DNA of 64,000 nucleotides from Strigamia acuminata (Eukaryota): NCBI GenBank assembly GCA_949358305.1, contig OX442314.1, positions 9,424,001 to 9,488,000 of the forward strand, read 5' to 3'. Shown piece by piece: positions 53,136 to 62,855 of this stretch (position 1 is its first letter; each line of letters starts with the position of its first letter). The notes under the pieces were generated by a model. It saw only the letters and a program-made list of their open reading frames with translations, ran no database searches and was not told where the DNA came from. The position numbers and the translations under genes were made by a program.

Positions 53136-54010
53136 TGTTGCATTGTTTTTGTTTATGTGACGACGCAGATCCAATATTTGTTGTGGGTCTGTTGCCTCAC
53201 CTGTCCGCCAGTTGGCGAATTTTGTAGCCTAAGGGCACTCGACCCCGTAGTCGTCACTTCCTGTTAAGGTCAAGTTGACCACGCGACTCAGGGTTCTCAC
53301 ATCTCTTATTAAATTCACTTTTATCGTTGCCAATCGACTCCATCTAGGGTTTCTCTACCGGTAAATACCGGTATCAAAAACCGGTATTTGTCAAGAAAAT
53401 ACCGAATACCGAATACCGTCTTTAATTCGGTATTGGTACCGGTTTTTTCCATGAGGTATCACTGCAATTGTGACATTTATAACGCACGTTGAATGGGATG
53501 TTTTTAAACATAAAAATGCAAAGTTTTTGTTTGTTTAATCTTAAAAATGAGAATTTATTGATCTTTATACGTAAAAATTAGAAATTAATTGATTTTTTCC
53601 CACATTAAAACAAAAATTTATTGATTTTTTAACTTAAAAATGAAAATTGATTGATATTTTAACTTCCAAATGAGAATTTATCAATTTTTTTAACTTAAAA
53701 ATGAGAATTTATCAAATTTCTAACTTAAAACCTCAATTTATCAATTTAAAAAAAAAAGAATTCTTAATTTCAACTAGTAAAACCAATAGATAACAAAACA
53801 ACCCCACATTTATCAAATTTCTACAAAAATAAACAAAACTTACAATTAAAACATTTCGATTAAAATAAAAATATTTTACGTTGTAGCTATTTTATTTTAC
53901 TTAATTACCGAAAAATACCGGTTTACCGGTTTTTTGAATATTGAATACCGAAATACCGGTTTTTCCAAAAGCCCCGATTTTGAGAAACCCTAACTCCATC
54001 ATTTCCATCA
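53136..54010 (+). mobile_element. Solo LTR (~219 bp once the nested MITE is removed)
   Basis: TG...CA ends; perfect 5-bp TSD TATTT (53131-53135 and 54011-54015); paralogues show the empty site. Confidence 0.85.
53345..53992. mobile_element. hAT-type MITE nested in the solo LTR
   Basis: TIR TAGGGTTTCTC...GAGAAACCCTA; perfect 8-bp TSD ACTCCATC; subterminal AATACCG repeats; internal ~32-bp tandem array. Confidence 0.92.
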
Positions 54011-54626
54011 TATTTAACCATCTTGTTCCTTGTAGTTCTGTGCTGCATAGTTACCGGTAAGTTATATTTTGCACAAAAACAATTAATTCATCACTGAGCA
54101 TTGAATTATTTCCTCCGTTTAGAAGTGATGGCTTATACAAAAACGGACTGTGAGCTTCCGATTTGCAAAAAGTATTGCAGCACAAAAAAGAAGGGTCTTG
54201 GGGCAAAATGTAACATCGAAGGTGTATGCCTTTGCGCCCACATATGCGACGGGGACAAAAAGGACCCAAAGTGTCACGAACACAAGACGACCGTGGCACC
54301 ACCGGACGACTCGCTCCCGTAAAGTAAAAATGTAAACAATTTGAAAAATCAATGAAAATATGTTCTATAGATGAAATAAAATTTAAAAAATGATTACGGA
54401 GTTTGTTTTCAAGTTTGATTTATTTACTTTGTGCCACAACGTTGTTGGAATTTGTGGATTACGAAGATGAGAGACAATCTATTCGCTGCCCATGGTGGAA
54501 AAGACGGGTGACTGCACGAAGCCGCCATCTTTGAGGCTTTTTCTGTCACTAGTTCACATGTTTGCCATGGGGCCGCAACGATCGCACGGGTTTGTGATCT
54601 GCGTTATATTGCTTCCAAATGAATTA

Positions 54627-55152
54627 CAGTCGAAACTCTTTATAACGAATTGTTGAAAATGACTTGGTTGGCCAGCCATAGAACACCATGTTAAATATTT
54701 TCGTTATAACGAATTTCGATATAACGAATTATTCTTTATAACAAACAAGTTTCAGGTACACTATAATACCCTCTCGTTACAACGAATTTTAAAAACTGAT
54801 CACATCACTCACAACATCCGATGCCCATATTTAGAAAACAAATGAAAATGAAAATGGCTGCCAAATGAAAGGCAATTTTGATTTACGACAAGCTGAACAT
54901 TATTGATGCCATTGACAATGGCAAGAAGCCATCTATTGTAGCAAAGGAGTTTAATTTGTCCAGTTCTACAATTTCCAACAATTTTAAGGAATCGGGATAA
55001 AATTAACATGAAACTTGGTAATCAAGGTTTACAAAAAAATAGTGTTTGGTGCTAAAATTTAATTTTTTTTACCTAATTCGTTTTAACGAATTCTCGTTAT
55101 AACTAATCGATTCGTCCGGTCCCTTGCGATTCGTTATAAAGAGTTTCGACTG
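54627..55152 (+). mobile_element. Tigger/pogo deletion derivative with CENP-B-type HTH remnant
   Basis: Perfect TIRs CAGTCGAAACTCTTTATAACGAAT and TA TSD; the empty site GAATTAGTA is seen in units 1 and 3. About 54855-55005 translates, with a stop and a frameshift, to KLNIIDAIDNGKKPSIVAKEFNLSSSTIS/TILRNRDKI. Confidence 0.9.
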
Positions 55153-55547
55153 TAGTACTTTTAAATTTTGAAAAAAATCGATTAAAATCATAGAAAGTTT
55201 GGAAAAATTTGAATGAAATCATAGAAATTTTGAAAAAATTTGAATGAAATCATGAAAATTTTGAAAAAATCGATTAAAATTATAGCAATTTTGAAAAAAT
55301 CGATTAAAATTACAGAAATTTTGAAAAAATCGATTAAAATTATAGAAATCATTTTTTTCAGCTAAAAAATCACTTTTTTCGGCTAAAAAAAATACTTTTT
55401 TCAGCTAAAAAATCACTTTCTTCAGCCAAAAAATCACTTTTTTCAGCCAAAAAATCACTTTTTTCAGCCAAAAAACCACTTTTTTCAGCCAAAAAATCAC
55501 TTTTTTCAGCCAAAAAATCACTTTTTTCAGCCAAAAAATCACTTTTT

Positions 55548-57218
55548 GCACAGGCGACATAACCTGTTTCTAGTTTGCACTCATTGAGAGCATTGAGAGC
55601 TTTAAAACAGGTGAAGCTCTGGGATTTCTCCTTCAAGAAATATGAAAATTTTATTCTCGAGAAATTGTCCGTGAGAATCATTGCAAACTTTCTGCCCGAC
55701 AGAGAAGGAACTTGAAAAGGTCCCATCAGCTCCACGTGGATGAGTTCCTGTGTCTTTTCGGACTGCTTTCCGAAGCACGAAGAGCACTTTGGCAGTTGTT
55801 TGTCCTTAAACTTCAGTCCATGTACACAAGTACTGCCCCTGATCGCGCATATTGACAAGTGTTTTTTGTCCAATATGGCATAAACGTTCGTGCCATAACT
55901 CCTTCCCAGTCATGTGCCCGGCTTTAGCCAGTGCCTTTCCTGCATGACACACGTCATCCGCCAGGCATGCATTCTCATGCCATGTCTCCAACATGAACAA
56001 ATTCCCACTATTGATACCTTCTGCAATGGTCTCGTCAGTCGGGTCAAGAACTTTAACGATCTTCTCCTCAAAAAATACTTTATATTGTCGCGATGTCATA
56101 TTAAAAATAGATAATAAGTTGCCCTTAAGATCAGAGACAAACAGGACGCCGAGCAGGGTAATTCTAGTCCATTCCAATCCCGACTTGCGACACTCGATGA
56201 CTACGTCGCCTTTTCCCTTGACTAGTAGTTCCACTCCCTCCTTCGCGGTCGTAACAACCGTCTCGTCCTCTTCGAACATTACGAACCAGTCGCGTCTGCA
56301 CGTTACATGCGCAGATGCTCCGGAGTTGAGCACCCACCCCGTCTGGCTGGCATCGTCTCCAAAAACCACGACAAAAGCGTGGTGTGGCAGTTTCTTGTCA
56401 ATGTTCGCTTGCGTCGAACCGGCGATATAAGCATGATGCGGAACTTGGGCCTGCGCAACCTTTGCCGCTTCTTTGGCTTGGCCCTTCTGTCGCTTTTCCA
56501 GGTGGCGTGCCCAGCAATCTTTTGCTATGTGGCCAGGTTTGCCGCATTCGTAGCAAGCCGCTTTACTCTCAGTCCGCGATTTCTTTTCGCCAGTGTTTTC
56601 CCGGCTATAGCTTGGAAAGCCGCCTTTGTAACCGTCCGGGGTCCTTGGGACGAATTCAATTGGTCCTCGAAAAGCAACGCCCTTTGGAAATCGTCAACCG
56701 TTGCATCCGGTCAAGAGCGACAATCGCGCGGTAAGTGCGTGAATTTGGCATTCAGTCCCAGCAATGCATACAGAAAGACTTCCCGGTCTGTGGCGTCTCT
56801 CCCCACCGTCTTGGCTTTGGCTTGGATCGCCAAGGCCCGGTTCACGTAGCTTTCCACGTTCTCGTCTGCACGCATACGCAGTCTTCCCAATTCGACCCCG
56901 GCGTTGATCCGCTTCTCTACCATTGAAGCCGCATGTCGTGCCTTTATTTTTTCACCATCCTTTTGGCGTTCTTTAAATCGTGAGGACAACTATTTCGAGC
57001 GCTTCACTGTTTTGCTTGGACCACTGGTTATATGCCTTTTCCTTGGCATCAAAGTCCACAGCTCCTTGAATTGGTTTTACTGGTTCATCGTCAGTGATTG
57101 CGCCACTCAGTCCTTTTGCAGATAAAAGCGCTTCGCGTTTATACTGCCGGACAAAGTAATTGTCCACATTCAACTGGTCAATCCTGTTGAGTGATCCGCC
57201 CGCAATTGCGTCGGCCAT
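55548..57218 (-). mobile_element. Degenerate Ty1/Copia gag-protease-integrase fragment
   Basis: Gag N-terminus (LNVDNYF..EALLSAKGL), zinc knuckle CYECGKPGHIAKDC (~56515-56556), protease WVLNSGASAHV (catalytic D>N), GAG-pre-integrase LWHERLCH, integrase LIHVELMGPF..ILTDNFSR. Several frameshifts; truncated before RT. Confidence 0.92.
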
Positions 57219-57231
57219 CGTTAAAGACATT

Positions 57232-57414
57232 TGGAATGTTCCGCATTTCAATTCTGTTATGTTAATTTGTGACGCTGCCGATTGCAGCTCCACCTGTGTC
57301 GTACACACGAATAAAGCACTTATGCAAATAAGCTCTCAATCAAAGGTCGTGTCCCGAGTCCACTCCTTCCGAATCCATCACCATCAATTCAAAACTCAAT
57401 CAAAGAACATTTCA
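57232..57414 (+). mobile_element. Solo LTR-like sequence (second copy at 60209-60395)
   Basis: Inverted ends TGGAATGTT...AACATTTCA and internal AATAAA. Shares TTTGTGACGCTGC and a 5' hairpin with the LTR at 11163. No TSD seen. Confidence 0.6.
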
Positions 57415-57831
57415 ACCCCGCGCTTTATTAGAGACCCATGGTTTAGGGGGGGCCTGTGCACTAAAAGAGGAAATACGACATTACACTTAATCCGAAAAAT
57501 AACCGGCGAATGCACATATCGGATTTTAAATCAGTCAACCGGATTCGGAGAAGATAGAGGTCAAACATGATTTTATTGTATATTCTTATCGCTATTTAAC
57601 ATGTATTTTAACAGTCAGCAATCAATTCATTTCAAAGATTAACTCAAATATTAAACCTTACAGTGTCTCATAAAATCAATTGAATAGAAACAACTAAACT
57701 CTATTCATATTTCATACATGCCCATTAAATTTAATTACGACACTCTCTCTTTCCATAAATACCGTAGCGCAAACTACGTCAGTCACATCCGGCAAAGAAA
57801 ATCTCGAGTCAACTTTTCTCTACCGCCCAAA

Positions 57832-58219
57832 ATGAAATATTTAACCATCTTGTCCCTTGTAATGCTGTGCTTCATGCTTACCGGTAAGTCATACCCCTTT
57901 ACGGTAAAAAAAATCTGTAGCTCTACTAAATATTTCTGAAAGTGCTGACAATGCATCTAATCCAACGATGGTAAAGTATTAAAGTCATCACTGAGCATTG
58001 AATTATTTCCTCTGTTTAGAAGTGACGGCTTACACAAAAATAGACTGTGCGATTCATCTTTGCAAACAGTATTGCGGCTCGAAAAAGAAGGGTCTTGGGG
58101 CTAAATGTAACCCCACCGGTGAATGCGTGTGCGACCACATGTGCGCAGGGCCCAAAAAGGATCCAAAGTGTCACGAACACAAGACGACCACACCAGAAAC
58201 ACCAACGGGAGCGCCGTAA
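57832..58219 (+). CDS. Secreted 8-Cys CS-alpha-beta peptide, copy 3, 83 aa (exons 57832-57883, 58020-58219)
   Basis: MKYLTILSLVMLCFMLTEVTA-YTKIDCAIHLCKQYCGSKKKGLGAKCNPTGECVCDHMCAGPKKDPKCHEHKTTTPETPTGAP. 136-nt GTAAGT..TTTAG intron; AATAAA at 58271. Confidence 0.9.
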
Positions 58220-58489
58220 GAATGATAATGAAAACAATTTGAAAAATCAATGAATAAATGTTCTAGATGAAATAAAAATTTTAAAAATGATTACGGAGTT
58301 TGTTTTCAAGTTTGATTCATTTACTTTGTGTCACAGCGTTGTTGGAATTTGTGGAGTAGAAAGGTGAGAGACAATCTATTCCCTGGTGGAAAAGACGGGT
58401 GACTGCACGAAGCCGCCATCTTTGAGGCTTTTTCTGTCACTAGTTCACAGGTTTGTCATGGGGCCGCAACGATCGTGCGGGATATTCGA

Positions 58490-59048
58490 TTTGTATTATG
58501 TTGCTATCTACGATGTACAGTATCGATTATCCGGACTAATTGGGAGACATAGGTGTTCGTAAAACCGATTTGTTTGTATAATCGAGCATTTAGGGTTATA
58601 CACACACTGTACTGCATATGAAAATAAAAAGCAAGAGCCGACCAAACATGGATAAAAGTCGTCAGAACATTCAAAATCGATTAAAAATATGTAAAAATCG
58701 ATTAAAAATATGTAAAAATCGATTAAAAATATGTAAAAATCGATTAAAAATATGTAAAAATCGATTAAAAATATGTAAAAATCGATTAAAAATATGTAAA
58801 AATCGATTAAAAATATGTAAAAATCGATTAAAAATATGTAAAAATCGATTAAAAATATGTAAAAATCGATTAAAAATATGTAAAAATCGATTAAAACTCG
58901 GTTTAAAACGATAAAAAACGGTTAAAAACGATAAAAATCGGTTAAAAACGATGAAAATCGGTTAAAAACGATAAAAAAATCGCTTACTGCTGTTCGGATA
59001 ACCGATCGTGCGTATAACCGGTGTTCTGATAAAAGGTGCTCTACTGTA
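58490..59048. mobile_element. Insertion specific to unit 3: degenerate CAGT-ended MITE containing a 21-bp array (AAAATCGATTAAAAATATGTA)
   Basis: Absent at the homologous position in units 1 and 2; TACAGTA...TACTGTA ends; array at 58673-58893. Confidence 0.65.
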
Positions 59049-59561
59049 TTGCGATTTGCGATATATTTCTTCCAAATGAATTAGTATTTTTAAAATATTG
59101 AAAAAAATCAATTAAAATCATAGAAATTTTGGAAAAAACGATTACGGCAAAATCATAGAAATTTTGGAAAAAACGATTACGGTAAAATCATAGAAATTTT
59201 AGAAAAAACGATTACGGTAAAATCATAGAAATTATGGAAAAAACGATTAAAATCATAGAAATTTTGAAAAAAAATCGATTAAAATTATAGAAATTTTGGA
59301 AAAAACGATTACGGTAAAATCATAGAAATTATGGAAAAAACGATTAAAATCATAGAAATTTTGAAAAAAAATCGATTAAAATCATAGAAATTTTGAAAAA
59401 AAATCGATTAAAATCATAGAAATTTTGGAAAAAACGATTACGGTAAAATCATAAAAATTTTAGAAAAAACGATTACGGTAAAATCATAGAAATTATGAAA
59501 AAAAATCGATTAAAATCATAGAAATTTTGAAAAAATCGATTAAAATTAAAAAAATCACGTT

Positions 59562-59835
59562 TTGCCGTTCTTGAATCCCAGGCAACACACTGCTTGTTGT
59601 TCGGAAATCGTGACGACAATTATCCCGAGCGCTTCAATGTTTTGCTTGGACCACTGGTTATATGCCTTTTCCTTGGCATCAAAGTCCACAGTTCCTTGAA
59701 TCGGTTTTTCCGGTTCATCGTCAGTGATTGCGCCAATCAGTCCTTTTGCAGATAACAGCGCTTCGAGTTTATACTGCCGGACTACTGCTGGTCAATTCTG
59801 TTGAGTGATCCGCCCGCAATTGCGTCGGCCATCGT
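59562..59835 (-). mobile_element. Second, shorter copy of the Copia gag 5' end
   Basis: Aligns with ~56960-57220 (GAGCGCTTCA..GCGTCGGCCATCG). Confidence 0.85.
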
Positions 59836-61153
59836 GGAAGAAGATCGTGATCGATGTAAAATCGCGAGTCCGAAAAATAATCCTTGCCTTTTCTCCAATT
59901 TGAAACGGCCGTTTGGGCGCGTCAATGTCTTCGAAATCTCTCAAAAATTGCTCACCGGGCGATAGAAAGTGCTTCTTCAGCAAAAACTAATTCTTTGTTG
60001 GATTTGAAAGAGTCGAAAGACAGTTTGGAGAAACTCGAACTCAGTATTTTTACTAACGCCAATGTAACGGCAAAGTAAAATAACGACACCAGTCGTCTAT
60101 AATGTATTTCGCTTAGCGCGTTGAGCATGCGCAATTATCCAACAAAAATTCAATTTTGTACCCAAGAATTCAAAATTTATTATTTTCTAAGGCCACATTT
60201 AAGACAATTGGAATGTTCCGCATTCCAATTCTTTAAGTTAATTTGTGACGCTGCCGATTGCAGCTCCACCTGTGTCGTATCGTACATATCAATAAAGCAC
60301 TTATGCAAATAATCTCTCAATCAAAAGTCGTGTCCCGAGTCCACTCCTTCCGAATCCAACACCATCAATTCGAAACTCAATCAAAGAACATTTCAACCCC
60401 GCGCTTTATTAGAGACCCATGGTTTAAGGGGGGGGGGGGGGCTGTGCACAAAAAGAGGAAATACGACATTACACTTAATCCGAAAAATAACCGGCGAATG
60501 CACATATCGGATTTTAAATCAGTCAACCGGATTCGGAGAATGATTTTATTGTACATTCTTATCATCGCTATTTAACATGTATTTTAACAGTTTTGAAATG
60601 CAATAATGATATTGCGGATTATTAATTAGTTCCCTGAATAACAATAGCAAACTTCAAATTATTGTGTAAAGTTGTGAGAAATAAAAAAGCTTGACTTGTC
60701 TACTCAAAACTTCTTCAAGACTAGTTTATTTTCAGAGAGCAATAAAAGAGAGAAAATTCATGACAAGGAAAAAATAACACTTAATACAGCACACTAATAA
60801 GATATGACGCTCTACATTGAGGGGAGAGCAAAGATGTTTGTGTTTGGGTAATAAAAATGCAACACCCTAATTGCAGGAATGTGAGAGAAACTCACACTCT
60901 GCTAAACAAAGTTACAGTTTCAAAGAAGGTCAAATAAAATAGAAGAAAGTTGGATAAAATATAAGTAAATCAAATAAAATATAAGTAAATCAAATAAAAT
61001 ATGAATAAATCAAATAAAGTATAAGTAAATCAAATAAAATATAAGTAAATCAAATAAAATATAAGTAAATCAAATAAAATACAAGAAGGTTAAATAGAAT
61101 ATAGGTAAATCAAATAAAATGCAAGAAAGTCACATGTAAAACCCAGTGGGTTT

Positions 61154-62855
61154 TCACACTCCCGGCGGCGCAGAACTAGAATGAACTTCCATTTTAATCA
61201 AACGCTGAACAGGTCGCCGAAATTTGTTACCATTAGGCATTAGCAGCTCGCATGAACGTGTCACACCATCTCTACTGGGGTGTATACTGATAACACGTGC
61301 CATCTTCCAATTAACTCTTGATTTTAACAAATCTTCCACTAACACTACATCTCCCGATTGGAGCTGACTAGTATTTGGTTTTCCCACTTGTCTTTTCAAG
61401 TCGACCAAATACTCACGAGACCATCGTCGCCAAAAGTCCATTAAAACGTGTTGACGTCTTTTCCACTGGTGAATAAACGATTTCTGAGTTGGTTCGTTCG
61501 ACGCAGCGTCTTCGGCAGACGGTAAAATGTTTAGGCTGATCCCTGTTAAAAAGTGGGCCGGTGTGAGAGCTTCGGGTTCATTTGGCGCATCATAGACGTA
61601 AGTAATGGGTCTTTTGTTTATGATGGCTTCTACCTGGGTGAGCAAAGTTTCCAATTGAAAGAAGTTGAGAGAGGCTAATCCAATCGTTTTTTTTAAACAA
61701 GATTTGACAGTCTGGATCATCCTCTCCCAAAATCCTCCCCACCAAAGAGCATTTTCAACGATGAACTTCCACTCAATCCCCTTTTGAGTTAGGAAATTGC
61801 GCACAGAGTCGTCTCTTGTATTTCGCAGTAAAGCGCACAGTTCACGGTTTGTACGGTGGAACGTCGTCCCGTTGTCACTGTAGATAGTTTTGGGCATTCC
61901 GCGTCGGCTGATGAAGCGTTCCAACACACCCACGAGATCTGAAGTGGTGAGCGATGGAATTAATTCAAGGTGTACCGCTCGGATATTGGCGCAGGTGAAG
62001 AGAGCAATGTATGCTTTGGTCTTCCTTCCACGTACGACGATTGGGCCGGCGAAATCGACTCCGGTGATGGCGAATGGGCTGCATCGTGACACTCGATCAA
62101 AAGGTAGTTGTCCGGGTACCTCTCTCATCAGTCGTCCATTTATTCGTTTACAAGTCACGCATTTTTTTATGATTGCCTTCAAGGTTCTCCTTGCGGATGC
62201 CGTCCAGTAATTCTGACGGAAATGTGCCAAGGTGGCCGTCAAACCGCAATGGAAAACCTGAGAGTGTGAAAACGATAAAATCAATTTAGTGAGTGTGTGA
62301 TTGGATGGGAGGAGCACGGGGGGTTTTGCTGTGATAACGTCTTTTGAGTTGCTGAGTCGAGTGTGTAACTTCAGCACTCCGGAGTCGTCCAGAAAAACGT
62401 CTAAGTTCTGTAGTTTTGAACCGGTCAGTGGTTTTTCATTTTGAAGCTGTGTCATCTCGACTCCGTAGTTCTCTCGCTGTGCAGCTCGGATTAGTGTCGT
62501 CTCGGCCCGCTCGAGTTCGGTGACGGTCAACGGTCCTTGAACTCTATTTGAGGTGTCGACGGTCCGTGTATTGGCCGCAAATCTCAGCATCCAAGCCGTG
62601 ACGCGTCGTAAGCGAGTGAACGAACTAAATTTAGAGAAAATAAAGTCTGCATTAATGATTTGGAGGGACTCGACGTGAGTTTCGATGTCGTCTTCGTCTG
62701 ACTCGTCCGCTATTTCCACTTGAGAACTCGGCCAATCGTCACGAGAGCCTCGCATCCAGTCTGGTCCGCTCCACCACAGCTGGTCGGTCATTAATTCGTC
62801 GACTGTTAAACCGCGTGTTAAACGGTCAGCAGGATTGTCTGTGCCCGGTACGTGT
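61154..62855 (-). CDS. pol: Bel/Pao pol: integrase (HHCC zinc finger, DDE core, DUF5641-like C-terminus)
   Basis: LWWSGPDW, H..VFH..CVTC, GVDFAGP, RAVHLEL, YSDNGTTF, WGGFWERMI, LTPAHFL, FWRRWSREYL. Frame extends upstream of the tracked Met to HVPGTDNPAD. Confidence 0.93.

Larger units (their letters stand above)
53125..54322 (+). pseudogene. 8-Cys peptide copy 2, exon 1 interrupted after codon 3 by an 875-bp insertion
   Basis: ATGAAATATTT at 53125, then the insertion; exon 1 resumes at 54011-54056, intron 54057-54122, intact exon 2 at 54123-54322 (EVMAYTKTDCELPICKKYCSTKKKGLGAKCNIEGVCLCAHICDGDKKDPKCHEHKTTVAPPDDSLP). Read-through from the ATG stops after 11 codons. Confidence 0.85.

Noticed and set aside
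56307..56849. 180-aa plus-strand ORF and other ORFs antisense to Copia or Bel/Pao
   Set aside because: Antisense shadows of retrotransposon coding sequence.
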